43,617 nucleotides of DNA from contig JBAZUA010000001.1 in the NCBI GenBank assembly GCA_041661645.1, forward strand, positions 1 through 43,617, written 5' to 3'. Of the stretch, positions 33,533 through 41,867 are shown piece after piece. The notes beneath the pieces were generated by a model. It did no database searches and was not told where the DNA came from. It saw only the letters and a program-made list of their open reading frames with translations. The first letter of the stretch is position 1. Every line of letters begins with the position of its first letter. Both the position numbers and the translations under genes were made by a program. This DNA is from Minisyncoccota bacterium. Lineage in GTDB: Bacteria; Patescibacteriota; Minisyncoccia; Phycocordibacterales; UBA6065.

Positions 33533-33538
33533 AAATAC

Positions 33539-33637
33539 ATGAATCGCGAGATTTCAAAAGCAATAAACACCAGCGCCGTGTGGCATTGGGCACATATCCC
33601 AGAAGGGCTTGTGTCTGCTTTTGTGTCGCGCGCGTAA
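33539..33637 (+). CDS. Leaderless leader peptide L2 (32 aa, WHWAH)
   Basis: MNREISKAINTSAVWHWAHIPEGLVSAFVSRA. The ATG is 6 nt after the -10. Confidence 0.6.
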   Translation: MNREISKAINTSAVWHWAHIPEGLVSAFVSRA

Positions 33638-33664
33638 ACATCTCCGCCGTCGTATGAAATCAGG

Positions 33665-33689
33665 AACCAGCCCTTGTGGGCTGGTTTTT
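33665..33689 (+). terminator. Attenuator terminator upstream of the GCS2 gene
   Basis: AACCAGCCC-TTGT-GGGCTGGTT-TTT. Confidence 0.8.
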
Positions 33690-33739
33690 GTTTCCCCTGG
33701 AGACAGAAATGTTCATCGAAAATCCAAATACCACGTATT

Positions 33740-34531
33740 ATGAAAAACTTCAGACGCCTTTTCAGGTTCGATCCTGAAAAGTCCCTGTGTGTCGGCGTCG
33801 AGAGGGAATGCTTCCTCCTCGACGCCTCGGGGCGCATCGCGCCCCTCGCAAAGCAAGCGCTCGGATTATTGAGCGACCCTCGCTTCGATTACGAGCTGTC
33901 AGCGTGTCAGCTCGAGGAGCGAATCGGTCCGTGCCATGTCGATTCAGTCGAGAAGCTCTTCCTTGAAAATGACAGGATTGTTTCCACGGCCCTCAGGGGA
34001 AGCGGTATTCAGCGGAGCTTCCTTGAGGTCGGCCTGACAGACATGCCTCTCGACGTCTATCCCGATCCATCTGGGCGATATGCCGAGATTGCGGGAAATA
34101 TGCCGAGGGAGAAGCTCCTGGCGGCCTGTAGGGTAATCGGAACGCATGTGCATGTCGGCATGCCCAACCATGCTATGGCCCTCAAGGTCTACAATAGCGC
34201 CATCCATCACGTGGATGAGCTCATCCAGATGGGCAACGGATCGTTCGGCGAGAGGCTGTCCATATACAGGACAGTTGCGCCCGCCTGCGATCCGCAACCA
34301 TACGCATCCTGGGAATCCTTCCACGAGGCCGCCGTCAGAGAGGGCTTCAGTGAAGACCCGCGCAGGTGCTGGAGCCTCATCCGTATGTCGAGACACGGGA
34401 CAATCGAGTTCCGCATCTTCGGCTCGACGGATTGTCCCGAGAGAATCGGGCGTTGGGCAAAGCGTTGTCACGAGATCTGCAGGGAGGCCATATCACCGTC
34501 TCCTGTATGTTTCGAGGCACATGCGTGGTAA
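33740..34531 (+). CDS. Glutamate-cysteine ligase family 2 (YbdK-like carboxylate-amine ligase)
   Basis: VGVERECFL, ELSACQLE, GTHVHVG and GTIEFRIFG motifs. Confidence 0.85.
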   Translation: MKNFRRLFRFDPEKSLCVGVERECFLLDASGRIAPLAKQALGLLSDPRFDYELSACQLEERIGPCHVDSVEKLFLENDRIVSTALRGSGIQRSFLEVGLTDMPLDVYPDPSGRYAEIAGNMPREKLLAACRVIGTHVHVGMPNHAMALKVYNSAIHHVDELIQMGNGSFGERLSIYRTVAPACDPQPYASWESFHEAAVREGFSEDPRRCWSLIRMSRHGTIEFRIFGSTDCPERIGRWAKRCHEICREAISPSPVCFEAHAW

Positions 34532-34600
34532 TCGGATTGAGATAGACGCGAGGGCGTCTCTAAATTGACGCCCTCTTTTATAAGGATTAGCATTACCACA

Positions 34601-35086
34601 ATGATTTTTTACTTTGCCTACGGCTCAAACATGGACGAGAAACAGATGAGGGAAAGATGCCCCGACGCACGATTCGTTTCGGTTGCGAGGCTTGATGATT
34701 TCAAGCTCGATTTCACCATCCACTCTCCAAAGAGACAGTGTGGATGCGCGGATGTCGTGTTCGCTCGGGGTGAGAAGACATACGGAATACTGTACGAGAT
34801 GTCTGCCGCCGACATCTTGAGACTCGACGGTTTCGAATCAGTCCCGACCGCATATATTAGAAACACGAAAGGGGTCAAAAGTGCGGACGGAAAGATGCAT
34901 AAAGCATTCGTCTATGAGGTGGCGGATAAAAAAGAATTCATCGCCCCTTCAGCAGATTACCTCAACCTTATCCTGAACGCCGCCCAAAAGCATTCCTTTC
35001 CGAAAGATTACACACAAGGACTCGTCACATTAATTCCTCAAATTAACAATGAAATACCAAATAGGGGTCATGGGATCCGCGGCTGA
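34601..35086 (+). CDS. Gamma-glutamylcyclotransferase (AIG2/ChaC-like fold)
   Basis: YFAYGSNM, GILYEM and LDGFE motifs. Confidence 0.9.
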   Translation: MIFYFAYGSNMDEKQMRERCPDARFVSVARLDDFKLDFTIHSPKRQCGCADVVFARGEKTYGILYEMSAADILRLDGFESVPTAYIRNTKGVKSADGKMHKAFVYEVADKKEFIAPSADYLNLILNAAQKHSFPKDYTQGLVTLIPQINNEIPNRGHGIRG

Positions 35087-35591
35087 CCTGAAATATTCAG
35101 GCGATCTCGAAAAGATGGCAATAGAGATAGGTAGATTGATAGGCCTTTCCGGCAACGTGACCGTATACGGTGCAGAAAAGGATTCAGACTCACTCTCGAC
35201 GGCAGCAGCCCGAGGGGCCCGCTCGGTCGGAGGTCTGACAATTGGCGTCACCTACGGAAAATCGAAGGACGTCTGGGGCGGACGAGATAACACAGACATG
35301 ATTGTTGCCACGGGAATGGAACGTGGTGGTGGAAGGGAATTTGTCCTGGTTAATTCCTGTGACGCAATCATAGCGATATCGGGAGGATCGGGCACCCTTA
35401 CTGAAATCGCCATCGCCTATCAGGCAAACATACCGGTGGTGGTCATGAAGGGAAGTGGCGGATGGGCAGACAGGGTGGGAAGTTCGTATCTCGACGAAAG
35501 AAACAGAATCCTCTGCGTACAATGTGTCAGCGCCCGAGAAGCGGTAGAGAAGGCCTTGTCTCTTATACCTAATTCAAATGAGATTAATTAA
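35049..35591 (+). CDS. SLOG/LOG-family protein (TIGR00725-like)
   Basis: IGVMGSA, ATGMERG and ISGGSGTLTEIAIAY motifs. Confidence 0.88.
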   Translation: MKYQIGVMGSAADLKYSGDLEKMAIEIGRLIGLSGNVTVYGAEKDSDSLSTAAARGARSVGGLTIGVTYGKSKDVWGGRDNTDMIVATGMERGGGREFVLVNSCDAIIAISGGSGTLTEIAIAYQANIPVVVMKGSGGWADRVGSSYLDERNRILCVQCVSAREAVEKALSLIPNSNEIN

Positions 35592-35617
35592 TATGCTACT
35601 ATAATCACAACAAAACC

Positions 35618-36931
35618 ATGCCAAAAATCGAACCACGCACGCTCAAGGGCTTTCGGGACTTCCTCCCGGAGCAGCAGATAACCCGACAGAAGTTCATGGG
35701 CATAATTCGCGCGTCATACGAGACCTTCGGCTTCGAGCCCCTCGAGACCCCGGCCCTCGAATACGCCGAGATCCTCACGGGCAAGTACGGCGACGAGGGC
35801 GACAAGCTCATGTATCGATTCAAAGACAACGGCGATCGAGACGTCGCCTTGCGCTATGACCTGACGATTCCGCTCGCCCGCGTCGCCGCCCAGTACGAGA
35901 ACGACCTCAGGAAGCCGTGGAAGAGGTATCAGATCTCGCCCGTATGGCGTGCCGAGAACAGCCAGAAGGGTAGGTATCGCGAGTTCTACCAGTGCGACGC
36001 CGACATCGTGGGCAGCACGAGCCCGCTTGCCGACGCCGAGATCCTCGCCCTGAGCGCAGGAACCCTGGTCAGGCTCGGCATACCCGCGAGCAACTTCGTG
36101 GTACGCGTCAATTCCCGCGAGATCATTACCGCCTTCTACGAGACCCTCGGCTTCACGGCCGAACAGCAGGTCTCGGCCATGCGCGCCGTCGACAAGATAG
36201 ACAAGATCGGCCCCGAGGGAGTGACCGAGGAGCTGGTCAGATTCGGCTTCCTCGCCGACGACGTCATGGCCATCATCAACTTTGCCTCGATCAGGATCGC
36301 CAAACTCGACGATGTGCCGGGTGCCATCGCCACGTTCCCCGAAGTGGCGGGAGCGCTCGGAAAGCTGTCCGACATCATCCGCTCGGCGCTTCTTCTCGCA
36401 CCGACGACGTCATTCATCATCGACTTCTCCATCGCCCGAGGCCTCGACTACTACACCGGCATCATTTTCGAGACCAATCTCCTGAAGGCTCCTCAATTTG
36501 GCGCGATCTGCGCGGGCGGACGATATGACAATCTCATCGGCACGTTCTCGAACAGGCCGATTCCCGCCGTGGGCGCATCGATAGGTCTCGACCGCCTCCT
36601 GGCGGCCCTCGAGGAGCTCGGCATAACAAAGGCCGAGAAGACCACGGCACAGGCCCTCATCGTCAATTTTGACGAGTCCCTGGCCCCTGAATACCTCAAG
36701 ATGGCTTCCGAGCTCAGGAATGCCGGCGTGAACACCATCCTGTATTTCGACACCGCGGATCTGAAGAAGCAACTTTCGTACGCGAGCGACAAGGGCATCA
36801 AGTTCGCCCTCATGTATGGCACGAACGAGGCAAAGGAGGGCATCGTGGTGATAAAGGATCTGGAGAAGGGAACGCAGGAGAAGGTTAAGATCGACGAGGT
36901 CGTTAAAACCCTGTGCCAACCCAGAAACTAG
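35618..36931 (+). CDS. hisS: Histidine--tRNA ligase
   Basis: LKGFRDFLP, LRYDLT, GRYREFYQCDADI, RGLDYYTG and GGRYD motifs. Confidence 0.98.
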   Translation: MPKIEPRTLKGFRDFLPEQQITRQKFMGIIRASYETFGFEPLETPALEYAEILTGKYGDEGDKLMYRFKDNGDRDVALRYDLTIPLARVAAQYENDLRKPWKRYQISPVWRAENSQKGRYREFYQCDADIVGSTSPLADAEILALSAGTLVRLGIPASNFVVRVNSREIITAFYETLGFTAEQQVSAMRAVDKIDKIGPEGVTEELVRFGFLADDVMAIINFASIRIAKLDDVPGAIATFPEVAGALGKLSDIIRSALLLAPTTSFIIDFSIARGLDYYTGIIFETNLLKAPQFGAICAGGRYDNLIGTFSNRPIPAVGASIGLDRLLAALEELGITKAEKTTAQALIVNFDESLAPEYLKMASELRNAGVNTILYFDTADLKKQLSYASDKGIKFALMYGTNEAKEGIVVIKDLEKGTQEKVKIDEVVKTLCQPRN

Positions 36932-37974
36932 AAATCAAGCTCTCGTTCATCGAGGGTCTGAGGGACATTGTGCTGCGGGAGACCCGAAGATCTCTAGGCG
37001 TCACGGCCAGGGAGGGTGGCGAGGATTCGCTCTACATCGACTGTCCCGACATCCTCGCACCAGTCAAAGGGCTCGGGAGCGTGGCGCGGGCATATCTCGT
37101 GGCCCGAGATCGAAGGTATAACCCGCTCTACGTCTCCAATCACAAGTCGATCATCGGGCAGACGATCGAGACAATCCTCTCGGCCGAGCCGTCAGAATCC
37201 TTCAAGACGTTCAAGGTGACGTGCGCGGGGTCAGGCTCTTCGGAGGCCCGAGGCATCGCCGCCTATATAGAAGAAACCTATCGCCTCGTCGAGGCCGAGG
37301 AGGCTGATCTCAAGGTTCACATTATCAAGCTCGGGGAGTGCTGGGAGGTCGGGGCGCAGATCACCCCGAGACCCCTCTCCCTCAGGGCATACAAGGTGCG
37401 GAACATGAGCGGGGCGATGGACCCGACCATAGCATATGCCATGAACTCGCTTTGCGGGCTCGAGCGGGTCGATTCATACCTCAACGTCTTTTCCGGGAGC
37501 GGGACACTGCTCGTAGAGGCAGGGCTTCGCTACCCGAACATAGGGCGCCTGGTCGGCTTTGACAATGACAAGAAGCACGTCTCCCTCGCTATCCAGAACG
37601 TAAAGGAGGCGGGGCTCATCAAGAGGGTGTCGCTCAGGGAGGCCGACATCCTCGAAGAGCCTGACCTCGGGACATTTGACGTAATCGCCTCCGACCTGCC
37701 CTTCGGCATGTCCATATCCAAAGGAGAGGATCTCGGGGCGCTCTATCGATGTTTCGTCGAATACTGCGAAGGGGCGCTTGGCGCGGGCGGGGTGCTGGCG
37801 GTCTACACGAGCGAACACCATATCTTGGAGGAGTTGCTCAAAAAATCTAATTTCCAAATCCTGAAGACGATCGACCTGAGATTCGTCACCTCGGTTGACG
37901 CGTATCTGCGACCGAGAATATTTTTGTGCGGGCTTAGGAATGGTCTTGGCAGGGAGGGAGTGTATACTAAGTGA
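36913..37974 (+). CDS. RNA methyltransferase (UPF0020/Trm14-like)
   Basis: PLSLRAYK, NVFSGSGTLLVE and SDLPFG motifs. Confidence 0.8.
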   Translation: MPTQKLEIKLSFIEGLRDIVLRETRRSLGVTAREGGEDSLYIDCPDILAPVKGLGSVARAYLVARDRRYNPLYVSNHKSIIGQTIETILSAEPSESFKTFKVTCAGSGSSEARGIAAYIEETYRLVEAEEADLKVHIIKLGECWEVGAQITPRPLSLRAYKVRNMSGAMDPTIAYAMNSLCGLERVDSYLNVFSGSGTLLVEAGLRYPNIGRLVGFDNDKKHVSLAIQNVKEAGLIKRVSLREADILEEPDLGTFDVIASDLPFGMSISKGEDLGALYRCFVEYCEGALGAGGVLAVYTSEHHILEELLKKSNFQILKTIDLRFVTSVDAYLRPRIFLCGLRNGLGREGVYTK

Positions 37975-37983
37975 CACCCAATC

Positions 37984-38172
37984 ATGGCACACGCAAAGAC
38001 AGTGCATCCAAACGTGGGCGCGCTCCTGCCGTTCAATCGCATCGTGACCTATTACGGAAACTTCTATTCGAAGTCGATGAGCGCCCTCGGAGAGTGTCCC
38101 CCGACGTCATGGCACAGGGATCGGCGGGGGAGGAGGGCCTCTATCGACCGCGAATGCCCGACGACCAGATAA
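37984..38172 (+). pseudogene. Internally deleted remnant of a paralogue of gene 39637-40764
   Basis: Three homologous blocks (start, HPNVGALLPFNRIV.YYGNFYSKSM, QGSAGEEGLYR.RMPDDQI) are joined across two deletions with frameshifts. Confidence 0.85.
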
Positions 38173-38179
38173 GCGCCTA

Positions 38180-38938
38180 GCAAGTGAGATCTACGGGGTA
38201 GAAGCACCGGTCTCGGTGCCCTATTCTTGGATCCATTTGAAGTCGGGCGGTGCCATGCATTCATCAGCAGGTAATGCCGTGCCGATAATCGAACTCGCTG
38301 AGGCTTATCCTCCAGAGATTATCTGCTGGATGATTGCGCGACGCGACCCCATGACGGTTATCCCATTCGACCCAGCATCAAGCCTGTTCGAAGAAGCCCG
38401 CCTCCTACGTGATGCTTGCGGGGGTAAGCCTGAATATGCCGAAAGTCTCGCTGTCGTGAGATCGACCATTGGGATAAGTCCTGCCCTTGAGGCTTACCCC
38501 CTTGACCATCTCGTCTTGGTGGCTCAACTGTCGGGATTCGATCCCACAGTTACGTTTCAAATTCTGAGAAGGGCGACAGCATACGCGAATGCGATAACAC
38601 CAATAAGCTGCAGGGACCTTGGGTATATTAAGCGTTGGCTGGAACTCTATGGGGCCAAGCACCGCATCAAGATACGTGAGGCCGGTGAAACTTATACGCT
38701 TGGCCCCGGGCCACTTGATGAACTCGTGACCGCCCTACGCATGACGTTAATCAAGACAGAGTGGGAAGCACAGGCCATACACAACGCTGTGCACAACACG
38801 GCAAAAGAGCATGGTAAGAAAGCATCAGACCTTTTCAGTGAACTCTACAAGAGAGTTATCGGTCAGGAGCGCGGGCCAAAAATCGGTTGGTTACTCGAAA
38901 CACTCGGCAGGGAAAGAGTGGTTCAACTCCTGAATTAA
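38180..38938 (+). pseudogene. lysK: 5'-truncated class I lysyl-tRNA synthetase fragment (KMSKS-type loop and anticodon-binding domain only)
   Basis: EIYGVEAPVSVPYSWIHLKSGGAMHSSAGN and LYKRVIGQERGPKIGWLL. The HIGH half is absent. Confidence 0.75.
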
Positions 38939-38954
38939 AAACTTCAGGAGGGCG

Positions 38955-38983
38955 AGGTGGGCCTTTATTGGCCCACCTTTTTT
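38955..38983 (+). terminator. Intrinsic terminator overlapping the pepE stop codon
   Basis: AGGTGGGCC-TTTATT-GGCCCACCT plus a T-run. Confidence 0.7.
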
Positions 38984-39558
38984 ATTTCGCCATCCAAGAG
39001 ACGTATGACGGGGTAGCCTTTCCCTGATTCATAACGTTTAATCTCTACCTCATGTCCAGGTTCATAATGAGGGCTTACGTCAGCATTTATGATATCCATG
39101 CCCCGATAGTCAGACAAGCCTATTTCGTTTGGATCAGGATCGACGGCTGATGCGATCTCGATGGATTTTCCAAGAATAATACTACCGGCACTTACACCAA
39201 TATAGATAAAATCACTGTTCTGCAAAAGGGCCCTGATTCCAATGTCGGCACCGCTTTTTCTGACGTAATACATTAGATGGAAAGTATTACCGCCACACAC
39301 GTACAAAATATCACAGTGCATAAGAGATGCTGCGGACTGAATTTCAAGATCGATAAAGGACACATGGACGAATCCCATTTCAACAAACTGTTGACGGGCG
39401 AGTATGGAGTATTTGTTCGCCTCCTTGCCCTTTGCGGCGGTAGTTAAAATAAACACCCTCTTATCTTGAGGGTTAGCAACCAATTTGAGAATTTCAGCTT
39501 TAGCATAGTCAGACCCGATGCCTGTGGATGTGAGTATTATGTGACTCATGTCATCCAT
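38965..39558 (-). CDS. pepE: Peptidase E (S51) family
   Basis: LYVCGGNTFHL, YIGVSAGS and SPHY motifs. Exact start uncertain (39558 or 39549). Confidence 0.85.
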   Translation of the reverse strand: MDDMSHIILTSTGIGSDYAKAEILKLVANPQDKRVFILTTAAKGKEANKYSILARQQFVEMGFVHVSFIDLEIQSAASLMHCDILYVCGGNTFHLMYYVRKSGADIGIRALLQNSDFIYIGVSAGSIILGKSIEIASAVDPDPNEIGLSDYRGMDIINADVSPHYEPGHEVEIKRYESGKGYPVIRLLDGEIKKVGQ

Positions 39559-39636
39559 GATAACACCATGCGACAAATTAATAAAAGATATTTTTTATCT
39601 GACAAATGTCTAGTGTATAATACAAACACATTACGC

Positions 39637-40764
39637 ATGGCGCACACAAAGAAAGCACCCTCCAGACGCTCCCATCTCATCATACTGGGATTCATATCAA
39701 CCCTCCTCCTGGCAGGCGCCGCCTTTGCCATCGCGGACAAGAGCGGTAAGTTCACCAAGGAATACGAGCAGGTCTTCAAGCCCCCCGTCCTCGACAAGGC
39801 GCTCTACGACCTCAAGCTCAATCAGCTGGCGCACATAATCGTCTCGACCAGCACGGCCTCGACGACAATTCCCGGCATGATTTTGGCCACAAGCAGCGCG
39901 ACGTCGACACCCGCGCAAAAGCCAACGGCATCAACGACGCCTTCGCTCTGGCCCGCAAAGACCGTGTACCCAAACGTTGGGGCCCTCCTGCCGTTCAATC
40001 GCATCGTCGCCTATTACGGAAACTTCTATTCGAAATCGATGGGCGTCCTCGGACAGTATCCCCCCGACGTCATGCTCAAGATGCTCATGGAAGAGGTGTC
40101 CAAGTGGCAGCTCGCTGACCCGACAACCCCTGTCATACCAGCCCTCAATTACATTGCCGTGACGGCGCAGGGATCGGCCGGCGAGGAGGGTCTCTACAGA
40201 CTGCGCATGCCTGATGACCAGATACAGAAGGCGATCGATCTCGCCAATCAGGTGAATGGCATCGTCTTTCTCGAGATACAGGTCGGGCAGAGCACCATCG
40301 AGAAGGAACTACCCGTCTTCGATAAATACCTCGCCCTGCCGAACGTGCATCTGGCCCTCGATCCCGAGTTCTCCATGAAGATGGGCAGGAAACCCGGCAT
40401 ATTCATCGGCACCATGGACGCGACCGAGATAAACTGGGCCATCGCCCATGTCGGCGAGATAGTCCGGGCAAACGGCCTGCCGCCGAAAATAGTCATCATC
40501 CATCGCTTCACCGAGAACATGGTCACTAACTACAAGAGCATACTGCCAACCCCGGACGTACAAGTGGTCATGGACATGGACGGGTGGGGAACCGCCAGGC
40601 TCAAGGCAAAGGTGTATGACATGGTCATCACCGAGGAGCCCGTCCAGTTCACGGGAATCAAGCTTTTCTACAAGAATGACCTTAAGACGCCAAGCACGGG
40701 CCTAATGACGACGAAAGAGGTGCTCGACCTCATGCCGCAGCCGAGCTACATTCAGTATCAATAG
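39637..40764 (+). CDS. Secreted or membrane-anchored hypothetical protein with a Thr/Ser-rich linker
   Basis: N-terminal TM helix, low-complexity linker, then a globular domain (RIVAYYGN, HLALDPEF, MDMDGWG). Confidence 0.85.
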   Translation: MAHTKKAPSRRSHLIILGFISTLLLAGAAFAIADKSGKFTKEYEQVFKPPVLDKALYDLKLNQLAHIIVSTSTASTTIPGMILATSSATSTPAQKPTASTTPSLWPAKTVYPNVGALLPFNRIVAYYGNFYSKSMGVLGQYPPDVMLKMLMEEVSKWQLADPTTPVIPALNYIAVTAQGSAGEEGLYRLRMPDDQIQKAIDLANQVNGIVFLEIQVGQSTIEKELPVFDKYLALPNVHLALDPEFSMKMGRKPGIFIGTMDATEINWAIAHVGEIVRANGLPPKIVIIHRFTENMVTNYKSILPTPDVQVVMDMDGWGTARLKAKVYDMVITEEPVQFTGIKLFYKNDLKTPSTGLMTTKEVLDLMPQPSYIQYQ

Positions 40765-40837
40765 GCGAATTGACGTTTGCCCGAGGGAGATGTAGTGTTT
40801 GGGAAGATTCTCAACCACAACCACACGACACAACGTC

Positions 40838-41599
40838 ATGCACATTCCATACGTCGGCATCACCGACTTCACCAAGTTTGAGCAGGTCGAGCATATGCTC
40901 CGAGTGTTCAAGGCCCACATTCACCCCACATCGACGCGCAAGCTTCATGTCGGGGTGATGATGAGCTACAAGACCCTTCATGGCCTCGAGACCAAATGGT
41001 CAAAGGCCTTCCCGCCCAAGGAGACGGTCGCGAGCATCTTCGCCTCAGGCGAGACCTACAACTGCCTCCACTATGCGGATTACGACAAGGACCCCGACTT
41101 CGACAGGAGTCTGGATCAGGCCGTCTCATACGGTGGATTCAATCTGAACGCGGTTCAGCTCGACATGGTCTGGCCGGAACCGGACGGCATAGCCTATGCC
41201 GTCCCCGGACACATCGAGGTCATCCTCCAGGTGGGCAAGAACGCCATCGAACAGGCCGACAATAGTCCGGACACGGTCGTCACGATGCTCGGGAATTATG
41301 AGGGCCTCATCGACAGGGTCCTTCTCGACAAGAGCATGGGACGGGGACTCGGTATGGATGCCATCGGCCTTCTGCCCTTCGCAAGGGCGATACGGAAGAG
41401 GTTTCCCACCCTCGGGCTGGTAGCGGCAGGAGGCCTCGGCCCCGATACCATGCACCTCGTCGAGCCTCTCGTCAGGGAATTCCCCGACCTGAGCATCGAC
41501 GCCCAGGGAAGGCTTCGCCCCAGCGGCAACGCGCTTGACCCAATCGATTGGGAGATGGCGGGAAGTTATCTCTGCAAGGCATTTAATTTCCTGGAATAA
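40838..41599 (+). CDS. TrpF/PRA-isomerase-like TIM-barrel protein
   Basis: VLLDKSMGRG, AAGGLGP and LSIDAQGRLR phosphate-binding-barrel motifs. It is divergent from canonical TrpF. Confidence 0.65.
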   Translation: MHIPYVGITDFTKFEQVEHMLRVFKAHIHPTSTRKLHVGVMMSYKTLHGLETKWSKAFPPKETVASIFASGETYNCLHYADYDKDPDFDRSLDQAVSYGGFNLNAVQLDMVWPEPDGIAYAVPGHIEVILQVGKNAIEQADNSPDTVVTMLGNYEGLIDRVLLDKSMGRGLGMDAIGLLPFARAIRKRFPTLGLVAAGGLGPDTMHLVEPLVREFPDLSIDAQGRLRPSGNALDPIDWEMAGSYLCKAFNFLE

Positions 41600-41614
41600 A
41601 TGCCAGTCTCGGTC

Positions 41615-41653
41615 AGACCCCTCTGCGACATCAATCGCAGGCGGGTCTTTTTT
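41615..41653 (+). terminator. Intrinsic terminator
   Basis: AGACCC..CTGCGA-CATCAA-TCGCAG..GGGTCT plus a T-run. Confidence 0.7.
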
Positions 41654-41662
41654 ATTGAAAGC

Positions 41663-41691
41663 TTGATTATCTGGCGCATAACAGGTACATT
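41663..41691 (+). promoter_or_regulatory. Sigma70 promoter of the serA leader
   Basis: TTGATT-N17-TACATT. Confidence 0.65.
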
Positions 41692-41698
41692 TAAAGAT

Positions 41699-41761
41699 AT
41701 GAAAGCAGTCGAAAAACGAACGACCTCCTCCTCCAGCTCAAGAATTCACTTCAAGGGCTAG
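41699..41761 (+). CDS. Serine-rich leader peptide L4 (20 aa)
   Basis: MKAVEKRTTSSSSSRIHFKG, with Ser codons TCC TCC TCC AGC TCA. Confidence 0.8.
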   Translation: MKAVEKRTTSSSSSRIHFKG

Positions 41762-41797
41762 TCTTTGCTATCACTTCTCACGACAACGATTGATATC

Positions 41798-41830
41798 AGA
41801 AACGAGCCCTCGAAGGGCTCGTTTCTCTTT
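41798..41830 (+). terminator. Attenuator terminator upstream of serA
   Basis: AGAAACGAGCCC-TCGAA-GGGCTCGTTTCT-CTTT. Confidence 0.85.
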
Positions 41831-41867
41831 GCATGGTGCAAGGCAGAAAAGTTCCTTGTAAAAATAT

